From a virus: a stretch of 64,000 nucleotides of DNA. The DNA lies in IMG/VR virus record IMGVR_UViG_3300030102_008089, positions 32,001-96,000 of that record; one strand, 5' to 3'. Shown here one piece after another: positions 34,477 through 44,624 of the stretch. A program made the translations under genes and the position numbers. Numbering within the stretch: the first letter of the stretch is position 1; the number at the start of each line of letters is the position of its first letter. Under the pieces are notes generated by a model that searched no databases, was not told where the DNA came from, and saw only the letters and a list, made by a program, of their open reading frames with translations.

Positions 34477-35359
34477 CAATGTAAATTTTAACTCTAACTC
34501 TGGTCCAAATTCTTTTGGTAAAAGACTGGCAAATGAGTTAGTAACTACAGGACACCAGATAAACGGACAAAACCCTGATATACAGCTATCTTTTATTCAA
34601 GCAACACATAAAAGTTTTCCGCTAGTTTTAAGATTAGATGGCATTTATTTTAACTCCAAGCAAAACTGGGAACAATTAAACCTACCAATTAAGCAAACAT
34701 TTCAGATAGCTGATGGTGTTATATATCAATCAAAATTTAATCAAGTGTTGACAGAAAAATATTTTGGTGGCAAAGAAAAATCTTCTGTCATAAATAACGG
34801 CACCAACCTAAACTTAATAAATAGTATAGAACCATTAGAGCATAAATTTTTTGAAAGTTTTGATAAAATTTGGTGTTGTGCTTCAAACTGGCGTCCCCAC
34901 AAAAGACTAAAAGAAAATGTAAGATATTTTCTAGAACATAGTTCAGAGAAAGATTGTTTAATTGTTGCGGGAGATAATCCTGATTACAATATTAAGCACG
35001 AACGCATTTTCTACGCTGGTAATTTGCCGTGGGAGGGCTTAATAGCACTCTATAAGAGATCTGAGTATTTTTTACATCTTGCTCTTCTAGATCATTGTCC
35101 AAATGTCGTGGTGGATGCTCGTGCGAGCGGCTGCAAGATTGTGTGTGCATCCAGCGGAGGAACAAAAGAAGTAATATCAAAGGGAGATATTATTATAGAA
35201 GACAAGGAATGGGATTATGAACCGTTTGAACTATATAAGCCACCTAGTTTAGATTTTTCTAACTATACTTTATCAGAAAATCAAATTAGCATAGACATCA
35301 AAGATGTGGCTACGAAGTATTTAGATTTTTTTAACAATGTTTTGGCAGGATTAAAGTGA
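34460..35359 (+). CDS. GT4-like glycosyltransferase
   Basis: NSGPNSF, DHCPNVVVDARASGC, GGTKE. Confidence 0.85.
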   Translation: MNILFDNVNFNSNSGPNSFGKRLANELVTTGHQINGQNPDIQLSFIQATHKSFPLVLRLDGIYFNSKQNWEQLNLPIKQTFQIADGVIYQSKFNQVLTEKYFGGKEKSSVINNGTNLNLINSIEPLEHKFFESFDKIWCCASNWRPHKRLKENVRYFLEHSSEKDCLIVAGDNPDYNIKHERIFYAGNLPWEGLIALYKRSEYFLHLALLDHCPNVVVDARASGCKIVCASSGGTKEVISKGDIIIEDKEWDYEPFELYKPPSLDFSNYTLSENQISIDIKDVATKYLDFFNNVLAGLK

Positions 35360-36372
35360 ATAAAAGAAAATACAATGTCGGAATAATAGGTTGTGGGAAA
35401 ATACTTGTTCGTCACGTTGAGGCGATAAATAGTAATGAAAACTTTACTCTTGTTTCGGTGTGTGATATTGATAAAGAATTACTTAAGATAGAGTCTAGCA
35501 AGTTGGGAGTTACTGGGTACGAAGATTATCAGGAGATGATTCTTAAGGAAAACATAAATTTTGTAATTGTGGCAACTCCAAATTCTCTTCATTTTGCCCA
35601 GGCACAATTTTGTTTAGAAAATGGCTGCGACGTTTTGATAGAAAAACCAGCGTGCCTAAACTATGAACTTATACAAGAAGTAAAAAAAGTTGCAAAAGAA
35701 AACAACCAAAAGGCGTATTGTGTTTTACAAGTCAGACTAAATCCAGTTGTTTCACTCGTTAAAGAAATGCTAGAAAGTAAAGTTTTAGGAGAAGTAAGAG
35801 GAATCAGTTTAACTCAAAGGTGGCAGAGACCAAAAGAATATTTTGATGGATGGCGGGGCATACCTAATGTTGGCGGTGGGACACTTCATGAATGTGGAAT
35901 TCACTATTTGGATATTTTGTGTTATCTATTTGGAAAACCTCAAGTTCAGTCATCTTTAATATATAATGCAAAACACAAAGAGTTCCCCGTTGAGGATACC
36001 ATATATTCGTTAGTCAATTATGGTGATTTTGGCGGAACCTTAGAAGTTACTATAGCTAGTGAGCCAACTAATATTGAATGCACAATATCAATTCTTACAG
36101 AAAATGGCTATATTGAACTCGGTGGTAAAGCACTTGATAAAATTGTTAGGGCTGAATTTTTAAATAAAGATTTAGAAAAAGAGTACAAAAAAAGAGTAAA
36201 ATCTTTAGAAAAACCAAAAGAACAAAATTCTTACGGGAACTATACTGGTTCTTGTCCAAACCATCCTGAGTTGTATAAGAAGTTAGAAAAATTTGATATA
36301 ATAGAATCCGAAAATTGTCTAAGACTTATTTCCGAGATTTACGATAAATCAGGAGTTAAATACCATGAGTGA
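35356..36372 (+). CDS. Gfo/Idh/MocA oxidoreductase (WlbA/WbpB-like)
   Basis: GIIGCG, ATPNSLH, EKP, QVRLNP, GGTLHECGIHYLD. Confidence 0.9.
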   Translation: MNKRKYNVGIIGCGKILVRHVEAINSNENFTLVSVCDIDKELLKIESSKLGVTGYEDYQEMILKENINFVIVATPNSLHFAQAQFCLENGCDVLIEKPACLNYELIQEVKKVAKENNQKAYCVLQVRLNPVVSLVKEMLESKVLGEVRGISLTQRWQRPKEYFDGWRGIPNVGGGTLHECGIHYLDILCYLFGKPQVQSSLIYNAKHKEFPVEDTIYSLVNYGDFGGTLEVTIASEPTNIECTISILTENGYIELGGKALDKIVRAEFLNKDLEKEYKKRVKSLEKPKEQNSYGNYTGSCPNHPELYKKLEKFDIIESENCLRLISEIYDKSGVKYHE

Positions 36373-37267
36373 TAAATTGAATGCTTGCATAACTTACATC
36401 TCTTCTAGAAAAGCCTGTATTCCCCAGAGTTTAAAAGCTCTTTGGGAAAACTATAATCACAAATACAACTACCCAGTTTACGTTTTTTATTTTGATGATA
36501 TCTATGATTCTGAAGAGTTTAAGCAATCTATAAAAAACGAAACCCCTCAAAATGTGAATTTTGTTTCGATCCCATATCAAACGCCGTCTCACATTAAAGA
36601 AGAAGAACTTTTCTATAATAGAAACGAATTGTGGTATGTAAGGACCCAGTTTCCTATTGGTAGAAAGGGGTATCTTCATATGTGTCATTTTATGTCAAAC
36701 TATTATGGATACCCGAACACAGAGTTTGAAAAATATGATTATACTATGAGTGTCGATGATGAATCTATGTTTGTTAAAGAGATGCCATACGATCCGTTTG
36801 AGGTTATGAGTAATCGCCCTGAACCTATGGGTGCCTTAAAGGTTTACGATCAAACAAAAAAGGTACCACATCAAGGAAATTTTGATACAAGAGTTAATTT
36901 GTGGAATTTTATCAAGGTTTATATCAAACATTATAACGTAGAACCAAAATCTCAATTTATAAAAAACTTACTTACTGATCCTGAAGCTGATAAAAATTTT
37001 CACTTTTATCCTTGTGCAGATTCATATGTGGTTAAGATATCAATGTTTGAAACGCCTGAGTGGAAACAGTGGATCGAGGCAGTAAATCAATATGGTGGAA
37101 TTTATAAATACAGGTGGGGCGACAATGATGTAAACAGTTTGTTTTATTTGATTCACCATGGAGACGATATTTATGATTTGAAAACAGTAGATGATGGATA
37201 TCACAGTCAAGGTGCCCTACGTCATTTGTGCGACTACGCACCAGGGGTAAAGGACAATTCTAAATGA
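36365..37267 (+). CDS. GT15 (Kre2/Mnt1-like) alpha-mannosyltransferase
   Basis: YNYPVYVF, YLHMCHF, KYDYTMSVDDES, GGIYKYRWGD resemble Kre2-family motifs. Confidence 0.75.
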   Translation: MSDKLNACITYISSRKACIPQSLKALWENYNHKYNYPVYVFYFDDIYDSEEFKQSIKNETPQNVNFVSIPYQTPSHIKEEELFYNRNELWYVRTQFPIGRKGYLHMCHFMSNYYGYPNTEFEKYDYTMSVDDESMFVKEMPYDPFEVMSNRPEPMGALKVYDQTKKVPHQGNFDTRVNLWNFIKVYIKHYNVEPKSQFIKNLLTDPEADKNFHFYPCADSYVVKISMFETPEWKQWIEAVNQYGGIYKYRWGDNDVNSLFYLIHHGDDIYDLKTVDDGYHSQGALRHLCDYAPGVKDNSK

Positions 37268-38247
37268 ACATAATATATGTTGACGCTGATAATAAAACAT
37301 CTAGTAATCATATGTATCAATATTATGGCGACCTTGCGAGGGAGCTTGCAAGAACCGAGACGCTCTTTGTAGTTCAGGGCGTACCTGATCACATAAATGA
37401 CCTTTTTGCTGCCGTTGGGGATATTTCTGTTGATTTGATTATATTTGGACTTGGGTACTTTGCCCTTTCCAACCGAGGGGCATTTCAAAAAATAGAAGGA
37501 TTAGCGGAGACTGATATTCCTGTATTTTGTTTGATTCATAAACCGCAACACTTATTGGAAGAAAAATTAAACTTTTGTAAAATAAACAACGTAGATCTTT
37601 TGTTAGAATCACAAGAACACAATTACAAAAAATACGGAGAAATAGCAGGGGTTCCATCTCAAAGGTCTTTCTTTACGGCCACGCCGAATATATACCATCC
37701 TCGTGATGTTGAAAAAATATATGACATAGGGTTTTCAGGAGCACTTCACAGCATTAATGCTGATGGGACTAGGAAAATTGAAGGACCAACATCTAATCTA
37801 CGTGAGAGGGTTGGCAACCTTATTAACAATAATGATAAGTATAAAGTTTTTTGGAACTCTAGCAATTCTTTAGATTATCGAATTACTTCTCTTGAGGAAT
37901 ATGCGACAAAAATTAACGAGTGCAAAATCTGGCTTTCAACAACGGGACCCTTACTGGATATAGGTCCTAGATATTTTGAAGCAGCCCTTTCGAAAACCTT
38001 GATACTTTGCAATAATATGCCAGAACAATATGGAGATTTTTTTATAGACGGTAAAACTTGTGTTACGTTTGAAAATGATCTTAGTAATTTCGAAGAGAAG
38101 TTGGATTTCTATCTTTCTAACGATGATGAAAGAAATAGAATTATAGATAACGCTTACAATTTAGTTTCTCAAAATTATACTTGGAAACATATGGCTGAGA
38201 ACATTATTAACAAAGCAAAGGAAATCAAATGTCTTTCCAATCCATAG
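37264..38247 (+). CDS. Glycosyltransferase (CgeB-like GT-B)
   Basis: YDIGFSG, PRYFEA, C-terminal R..I..NA...V...YTW. Confidence 0.8.
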   Translation: MNIIYVDADNKTSSNHMYQYYGDLARELARTETLFVVQGVPDHINDLFAAVGDISVDLIIFGLGYFALSNRGAFQKIEGLAETDIPVFCLIHKPQHLLEEKLNFCKINNVDLLLESQEHNYKKYGEIAGVPSQRSFFTATPNIYHPRDVEKIYDIGFSGALHSINADGTRKIEGPTSNLRERVGNLINNNDKYKVFWNSSNSLDYRITSLEEYATKINECKIWLSTTGPLLDIGPRYFEAALSKTLILCNNMPEQYGDFFIDGKTCVTFENDLSNFEEKLDFYLSNDDERNRIIDNAYNLVSQNYTWKHMAENIINKAKEIKCLSNP

Positions 38248-38822
38248 CAGATTTTGAAAAAGAGGTAGCCCATTTTTTTGGTGCCCCATATGCAGTAGCA
38301 GTGGACTGCTGCACTCATGGTCTTGAGCTATGCTTAAGGATGAAAGGGGCAGAGAAAATTAAAGTACCAAGACACACCTATTTGTCAGTTCCTATGCTAG
38401 CAGACAAGTTAAATATAGAGCTTGAGTGGACTGACGAAAAATGGGAAGATTATTATTACTTGACTGATGAAATTATTGATGCTGCGGTCCACTGGAAAAA
38501 AGACAGCTATATCCCTGGGACCTATATGTGTATCAGTTTTCAGTTTCGAAAGCATTTAAGTCTAGGGCGAGGTGGCATTATTTTATTTGATAAAGAAAGT
38601 GAATTTGATATCCTAAAAAGGATGTCTTACGATGGTAGAAGCCCTGACCTATCTTGGTCTGTCCAGAATATTAAGTCGATTGGTTACCATTATTATATGA
38701 CACCCGAAACCGCCGAATTAGGGTTGAAAAAGTTACCCAATGCAATTGCAACTAAACCAAAGCAATGGGTTTATACTGACTGGCCTGACTTATCACAAAT
38801 GGATGTTTTTAAAGATGGCTGA
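38229..38822 (+). CDS. Short DegT/DnrJ/EryC1/StrS aminotransferase
   Basis: AVDCCTHGL, IIDAA, SFQFRKHL..GRGG, GYHYYM; only 197 aa. Confidence 0.8.
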   Translation: MSFQSIADFEKEVAHFFGAPYAVAVDCCTHGLELCLRMKGAEKIKVPRHTYLSVPMLADKLNIELEWTDEKWEDYYYLTDEIIDAAVHWKKDSYIPGTYMCISFQFRKHLSLGRGGIILFDKESEFDILKRMSYDGRSPDLSWSVQNIKSIGYHYYMTPETAELGLKKLPNAIATKPKQWVYTDWPDLSQMDVFKDG

Positions 38823-39498
38823 TAAAGCTTTATTCATAGGCTTTGAAGATTGTCAATATAGCAATAATGCTGTAGATCTTTTGATATCGAAAGGGTTTGA
38901 TACTACTTTTTGGAAAGCTTCTAAAAAAAGAGGCAGTAAAATTCCTGAAAATATTCAAGATTGGAACGGCGAATATATATTTCATTTTAAATCTTACTGT
39001 ATTCTTCCAAAAGATTTTATTGAAAGAGCCAGTATCGCAGCAATAAATTTTCACCCATCTCATCCAAGATACCCAGGATCTGGAGGAATTAACTGGGCCC
39101 TGTACAACGAAGATGATGAAACTGGTGTAACTGTTCATTATCTTAATGAAAAAGTTGACAATGGACCTATTATAAATGTCTACAGGGTGACAATAGAAGA
39201 GAGTGATGACGTGGCAAGTCTGATTGATAAAGTACACAGATGTCAATTTGATTCTTTTGCTAACATAATACACACTATCACAATCCAAGGATCTAGTGAA
39301 CTATCAAGAATAGCTTCAGAAAACACAAACAAGTGGGGCAAGAAAACAGGTCGTATAAGAGATATTGACAAGTTAGAAAATATTGATATAAATATCTCTA
39401 AGGAAAAACTAGACAAAATTATAAAATCAACTTATTATAACGGCTATGGACCAAAGTTAAAAATCCATGGTTATACATTTAGATACTCAGGAGAGTAA
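38815..39498 (+). CDS. Formyltransferase (sugar N-formyltransferase-like)
   Basis: INFHPS..RYPG, GVTVH, VDNGPII; start moved to ATG 38815. Confidence 0.85.
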   Translation: MADKALFIGFEDCQYSNNAVDLLISKGFDTTFWKASKKRGSKIPENIQDWNGEYIFHFKSYCILPKDFIERASIAAINFHPSHPRYPGSGGINWALYNEDDETGVTVHYLNEKVDNGPIINVYRVTIEESDDVASLIDKVHRCQFDSFANIIHTITIQGSSELSRIASENTNKWGKKTGRIRDIDKLENIDINISKEKLDKIIKSTYYNGYGPKLKIHGYTFRYSGE

Positions 39499-39499
39499 A

Positions 39500-40417
39500 A
39501 TGAAAATTTTAGTTTTAGGAGGTACTGGATTTATCGGAGGAAAGATTTTCGATCGTCTAGTAGCAGATGGCCACGAAGTGAGTCGAACATCAAGATCACT
39601 AGGGACTGATTTGTTGGAATACAAATCTTTTCGTAGCTTGTTGGAAAAAGAAAATCCTGATCTGATTTATAATCTTGCATCACATGGCGGCAGTATGATG
39701 TATGTAAGAAAGTATGCGGCAGATGTTTATGCTGACAATGTTCAGATGTGTCTTAACGTTTATAGAGCCGTTTTGGACTTTAATCCTAATATAAAAATAA
39801 TACAACCTTTTTCCAACTGTTCATATCCAGGCGACAGTGCCGTGCAAGAAGAAAAAAATTGGCTAAACGGAGGAGTTCATCAGTCTGTGTTTTCTTTTGG
39901 AAATTCTAAAAGAGCCATTTATTATCTTTCGCAATGTTACTATAATCAGTATGGTGTTAGAACAGTTAATCTACTTCTTCCAAATACATATGGACCAGGT
40001 GATTCCCTAGACCCCACCAAAACCCACGCTTTAAATGGCATGGTTATAAGAATGCTGAAAGCTCAACAGAACAAAGAGGATAATTTTGTTGTGTGGGGCA
40101 CAGGAAGTCCAGTCAGAGAGTGGGCATATGTGGATGACTTTGTAGAGGTTATGGTACGTGCTATGAAGATTGACCATCTAGAATACCCTGTCAATGTCGG
40201 ACAAGAGAAGGGATATTCAATTAAGGAGTCGGCACTACTAATCAAAGAGGCTTGCGGCTTTACTGGCGATCTGGTGTTTGATACAAGCTATCAAGATGGA
40301 GACCCAGTTAAAATATTATCAACAGACTTGTTTAAGCAGAATTTTCCTGACTTTAAATTCTTTGATCACAAAGAAGGTATCAAAAATACTGTCAAATATT
40401 ACACAGAGAATCTTTAA
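39500..40417 (+). CDS. GDP-L-fucose-synthase-like SDR, paralog 1
   Basis: GGTGFIG, CSYP, PNTYGPGD, WGTGSPVREW; start moved to ATG 39500. Confidence 0.85.
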   Translation: MKILVLGGTGFIGGKIFDRLVADGHEVSRTSRSLGTDLLEYKSFRSLLEKENPDLIYNLASHGGSMMYVRKYAADVYADNVQMCLNVYRAVLDFNPNIKIIQPFSNCSYPGDSAVQEEKNWLNGGVHQSVFSFGNSKRAIYYLSQCYYNQYGVRTVNLLLPNTYGPGDSLDPTKTHALNGMVIRMLKAQQNKEDNFVVWGTGSPVREWAYVDDFVEVMVRAMKIDHLEYPVNVGQEKGYSIKESALLIKEACGFTGDLVFDTSYQDGDPVKILSTDLFKQNFPDFKFFDHKEGIKNTVKYYTENL

Positions 40418-40461
40418 AAGTTTAAACCATTTAGTGTATACTAACCTGGGAGGCATTTTAA

Positions 40462-41388
40462 ATGAAAAAAATACTTGTTACTGGCGGCGCAGGGTATGTT
40501 GGGACAGCCCTGGTTCCGCTTCTATTAAAGAACGGACATCAGGTTACTGTTTATGACAATTTAAGTGCTGATGGTACTGGTCTTATTCATAATTTTGGAA
40601 ACCCTAATTTTACATTTATAAAAGGTGATATTCTAGATCTTGAAAATTTAAAAGAAGCGGTGAAGGGAAAAGATGTTATTGTTCATCTTGCTGCTATAGT
40701 TGGATATGCTGCTTGTAGAAGGGACGAGGATCTCGCATATCAAGTAAACCACCAAGGAACAAAAAATATTATATCCTGTTTGGATGGAAAGCAGTTTTTG
40801 ATTTATGGTTCTACGGGTTCCAATTATGGCGCAGTGAAAGATGTTTGCACAGAAGAGACTCCACTAAACCCTCTCAGTATTTATGGAACCAGTAAAACTC
40901 TTGGAGAACAGGAGGTTTTAAAATATGCACATAGTACAGCATTTAGGTTTGCTACAGCTTTCGGAGCAAGTCCACGTTTAAGACTTGATCTTTTGGTGAA
41001 TGACTTGTCTTACCTAGCATCGACTCAAAAATATATTGTTATATACGAGTCTCATTTTATGAGAACCTTTATTCACGTTAAGGATATGGCAAGGGTGTTT
41101 GATTTTGCTATTAATAATTCTGATCAGATGAGTGGTGAGGTTTACAATGTAGGCTCTAACTCAATGAATTATTCAAAGAGGGATGTTTGTAACATTATAA
41201 AAGAAAAAACAGAATGTTATGTTCATTATGCCGATTTTGATGGGGATGTTGATAAGAGGAACTACGTTGTCTCTTATGACAAACTTAATGCTTTAGGGTT
41301 TGAGACAACCATAACAGTCGAAGAGGGTATAGACGAACTACTACAGGTTTTCCCTCTTGTTAAAATAGATAACAAATATCAAAATTAA
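40462..41388 (+). CDS. NAD-dependent epimerase/dehydratase
   Basis: GGAGYVG, YGTSK, RLDLLVND. Confidence 0.9.
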   Translation: MKKILVTGGAGYVGTALVPLLLKNGHQVTVYDNLSADGTGLIHNFGNPNFTFIKGDILDLENLKEAVKGKDVIVHLAAIVGYAACRRDEDLAYQVNHQGTKNIISCLDGKQFLIYGSTGSNYGAVKDVCTEETPLNPLSIYGTSKTLGEQEVLKYAHSTAFRFATAFGASPRLRLDLLVNDLSYLASTQKYIVIYESHFMRTFIHVKDMARVFDFAINNSDQMSGEVYNVGSNSMNYSKRDVCNIIKEKTECYVHYADFDGDVDKRNYVVSYDKLNALGFETTITVEEGIDELLQVFPLVKIDNKYQN

Positions 41389-41397
41389 GAAAACAAA

Positions 41398-41706
41398 ATG
41401 AAAGAGTACTATAAATTTTACCTAACGTTACACCAACATCCTAAGTGTAAATTACTACACTTCTTAGGTCAATGGTTTACAATATTCTTTGCCTCTTATG
41501 TAATATATAACTGGTATTGGTTTTTGTTCCCAGCGATACCTTTAGTAGTATATCCTTTTGCGTGGGTTGCCCACGGAGTATTTGAAAAAAACAAACCTCT
41601 AGCCTGGGAAGGTAAAAAAGATTACGGTTGGACCACCCTTAAGGCAAAAGCTTGTGACTGGATTATGTTCTATGAAATCATTAGAGGTAGGCATCGGATA
41701 TGGTAG
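41398..41706 (+). CDS. DUF962/Mpo1-like membrane protein
   Basis: YLTLHQHPKCKLLHFLG, AWVAHGVFEKNKP. Confidence 0.75.
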   Translation: MKEYYKFYLTLHQHPKCKLLHFLGQWFTIFFASYVIYNWYWFLFPAIPLVVYPFAWVAHGVFEKNKPLAWEGKKDYGWTTLKAKACDWIMFYEIIRGRHRIW

Positions 41707-42638
41707 ATAAAAAAGTTTTAATCATAGGTGGGTGTGGTTATATTGGTACAAGATTACGACCGCACTTAGAGGAGAAATTTACTGTTTCTACTTTAGACAC
41801 TGAGTGGTATGGTAATTTTTCTTCCAAAGAAAATATTAAAAGAGATATGATGTATCTCACGGCAGAACAATTATCAAAGCATGATGTTATCATTTTGTTG
41901 GCAGGACACTCTAGTGTTAAGATGTGCGAAGACAATTTACAGGGTACTTTTAAAAATAATGTAGCTAATTTTGTCAGACTGTTGGATAATATCCACAAAG
42001 ATCAAATATTCATATATGCTAGTAGTTCTTCGGTCTATGGGGACACAGGCTCAAGAGTTGTTGATGAGTCTTATTCAATGTTTAAGCCAAACAACTACTA
42101 TGATCTGTCAAAGCATGAGATTGATTCTTATGCTGAATTGTCCGATAAGGTTTACTTTGGTCTTCGGTTCGGTACTGTAAATGGATACTCACCGAACTTA
42201 CGCAATGATATTATGATCAATGCTATGACATATAATGCCATAGAAAACAAAAAGATATTTTGCTTCAATCCAGAAGTTAATAGACCTATTTTAGGGATTT
42301 CTGATTTATGTCGAGCGATTGAAACCATAATAGAAAAAGGCACAAGAGAAAACAAAGGCGTTTATAACCTAGCTTCTTTTAATTCTAATGCGAAAGATAT
42401 AGCGACTGGTGTTTCTAAAATTACAGGTGCCGAATTGGTCATCTCGGATAAACCCCCAGAAAAAATAACAAATGTAAAACTTCAGGCAAAAGCTTATGAT
42501 TTCTTGATAAAGTCAGAAAAATTTGAAAAAGAGTTTGACTTTCAATTTTCAGAAACTGTAGAATCAATAACACAGTCGATAGTTGATAACTATGAAAATA
42601 TGAACAAAGGAAATAGATCAAATGTTAGACTTTACTAA
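41700..42638 (+). CDS. NAD-dependent epimerase/dehydratase
   Basis: GGCGYIG, ASSSSVYG, YDLSK, LRFGTVNG. Confidence 0.9.
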   Translation: MVDKKVLIIGGCGYIGTRLRPHLEEKFTVSTLDTEWYGNFSSKENIKRDMMYLTAEQLSKHDVIILLAGHSSVKMCEDNLQGTFKNNVANFVRLLDNIHKDQIFIYASSSSVYGDTGSRVVDESYSMFKPNNYYDLSKHEIDSYAELSDKVYFGLRFGTVNGYSPNLRNDIMINAMTYNAIENKKIFCFNPEVNRPILGISDLCRAIETIIEKGTRENKGVYNLASFNSNAKDIATGVSKITGAELVISDKPPEKITNVKLQAKAYDFLIKSEKFEKEFDFQFSETVESITQSIVDNYENMNKGNRSNVRLY

Positions 42639-43821
42639 GTTAGAAAAATGTCGTGTTTGTGGCTCAAAAGAACTGCTTAGTGTGTTGGATCTAAATGAAC
42701 AACCTTTGGCAAACAGTTATCACAAAGGGGAAGAACAAAAAAATTTTCCACTTAAGATTAATACCTGTCAAAAATGCTTCCACACACAATTGAGTGTAGT
42801 TGTCAACCCAGACCTTATGTTTAAGGATTATTTGTATGTGAGCGGTACAAGCAAGACTTTGCATAAATATTTTGAGGACTTTGTTGGTTTTTGCGAGAAA
42901 TATACAAAGCTCAAAGGAAACGTATTAGATATTGCCTGTAATGATGGAACACAGTTGGACAAGTTTAAAGACAAGGGTTGGCAAACTTTCGGCGTGGACC
43001 CAGCAGAAAATCTTTATCAACTAAGTAAAGACAACCACAACGTTGAGTGTGACTATTGGAGTGGCTCTACTGCTTTGAAGTTTGGTGTTAAATTTGATCT
43101 TATTACAGCACAAAATGTCTTTGCCCACGTTAATGATGTACATGGTTTTCTACAATCTTGCTCGCTATGTTTAAACCCTAATGGGGTTCTTGTAATTCAA
43201 ACATCCCAGGCAGATATGATTTTAGATAATCAGTTTGATACGGTTTATCATGAACATCTATCCTTTTTTAGTTCTTCCTCAATGAAGAAGTGTGCAAATA
43301 TAAACGGCTTTTCTCTGGTTGACATTCAAAAAACAGATGTACACGGCGGAAGTTATGTTTTTGTGTTGCGTTATGGAGTCCATAATGAAAGTTTGGCTCA
43401 AGACCAAATCGATAATGAGCGAGATAGGGGACTATATGACCTTGGAACCTACGAAGAGTATGCTAAGAATTGTTTGAATGTTGTAAACGATTTTCGAAAT
43501 GCAGTTGAGTCTTTTCGAGAAAATGGGTACAAAATTATTGGTTATGGAGCAGCAGCAAAAGGAAACACATTTTTAAACTTTGCAAGTATTAATCTCGACT
43601 ATATTGTTGATGATAATGAATTGAAGTGGGACCTTTATACTCCTGGCAGAAATATAAAGATAAAAAACCCACAACAACTCAAAGAAGAGAATAGTGACAA
43701 AATTGTAGTTGTTCCACTTGCTTGGAACTTCTTTAAGGAAATAAGCAACAGGGCAAACGAGATTACAGGCACTAAATTAAAGTTTATCAAATACTTTCCT
43801 AAATTAGAGGTCATATCGTGA
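42622..43821 (+). CDS. NDP-sugar C-methyltransferase (Zn-finger, SAM and C-terminal domains)
   Basis: CRVC..PLAN..CQKC..TQL, DIACNDG, YHEH, GYGAAAKG, AWNF. Confidence 0.9.
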   Translation: MLDFTKLEKCRVCGSKELLSVLDLNEQPLANSYHKGEEQKNFPLKINTCQKCFHTQLSVVVNPDLMFKDYLYVSGTSKTLHKYFEDFVGFCEKYTKLKGNVLDIACNDGTQLDKFKDKGWQTFGVDPAENLYQLSKDNHNVECDYWSGSTALKFGVKFDLITAQNVFAHVNDVHGFLQSCSLCLNPNGVLVIQTSQADMILDNQFDTVYHEHLSFFSSSSMKKCANINGFSLVDIQKTDVHGGSYVFVLRYGVHNESLAQDQIDNERDRGLYDLGTYEEYAKNCLNVVNDFRNAVESFRENGYKIIGYGAAAKGNTFLNFASINLDYIVDDNELKWDLYTPGRNIKIKNPQQLKEENSDKIVVVPLAWNFFKEISNRANEITGTKLKFIKYFPKLEVIS

Positions 43822-44624
43822 GAGTGGCAATACTAATAACAGGGCAGATGCGAGACTATCAAGTAAATCTTGAGAATCATTTGAAACAAATAATACATCC
43901 TAATAATGCGGATGTTTTTGTGTATGCTTGTAATAAAAATACAATTCACACGATAGGGTCTAGTACGAATCAAAAATACAATATAACCTCAACAGAAGAT
44001 TCTGATGCTTTAGAACAACAGATTAGAGAGTCTTATGGCACTAACTTGAAAGAGGTTGTAATAGAAGAAAATGAAAATCTTGACGACAGTGATTTTGGAA
44101 CGTTAGGGTACTTTAAGAAAAGAATGAATAACCAGATGTCCAATATAAGAAAAGGATATCTTATGGCTGTAGAACATTCACAGAAAAACGGTTTCCAATA
44201 CGATGTAATTGTAAGGTGTAGACCAGATAATTCAATGTTTTTAAAGCCCGTGTTACTGAAAGATTACAAAATAGAGGATGGAGTTATCCACTCTACAGTA
44301 TATCCGAGCGGACATAGGGATCCTTGGTTTTTTTCGTTTTCAAACCCTTCTACTTTTAATGAGTACTGTTCTTTTGTGTATATGGATGGAGAAGACGAAA
44401 CTCGAACAGATGATAACTTTGACTGCCCAGAAGTAGCACTGGAGAAGTATCTTTCGAAGATTGGGAAAAAAACAATTTTGGTTCCAAGTATATGCAGGCC
44501 GTTTTATGCGTATGATAAAACACAGCCAATTACAGAATTTCCTTTTGTCCGATGGAGCGAAAAGCTTTTAGACTCCGAGGGTAACTGGGTGGATATACCT
44601 AACTCTAGAACGGATAGCGAATGA
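43818..44624 (+). CDS. Putative glycosyltransferase-like protein
   Basis: MRVAILITGQMR and YDVIVRCRPD, a pattern typical of glycan-locus proteins. Confidence 0.6.
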   Translation: MRVAILITGQMRDYQVNLENHLKQIIHPNNADVFVYACNKNTIHTIGSSTNQKYNITSTEDSDALEQQIRESYGTNLKEVVIEENENLDDSDFGTLGYFKKRMNNQMSNIRKGYLMAVEHSQKNGFQYDVIVRCRPDNSMFLKPVLLKDYKIEDGVIHSTVYPSGHRDPWFFSFSNPSTFNEYCSFVYMDGEDETRTDDNFDCPEVALEKYLSKIGKKTILVPSICRPFYAYDKTQPITEFPFVRWSEKLLDSEGNWVDIPNSRTDSE

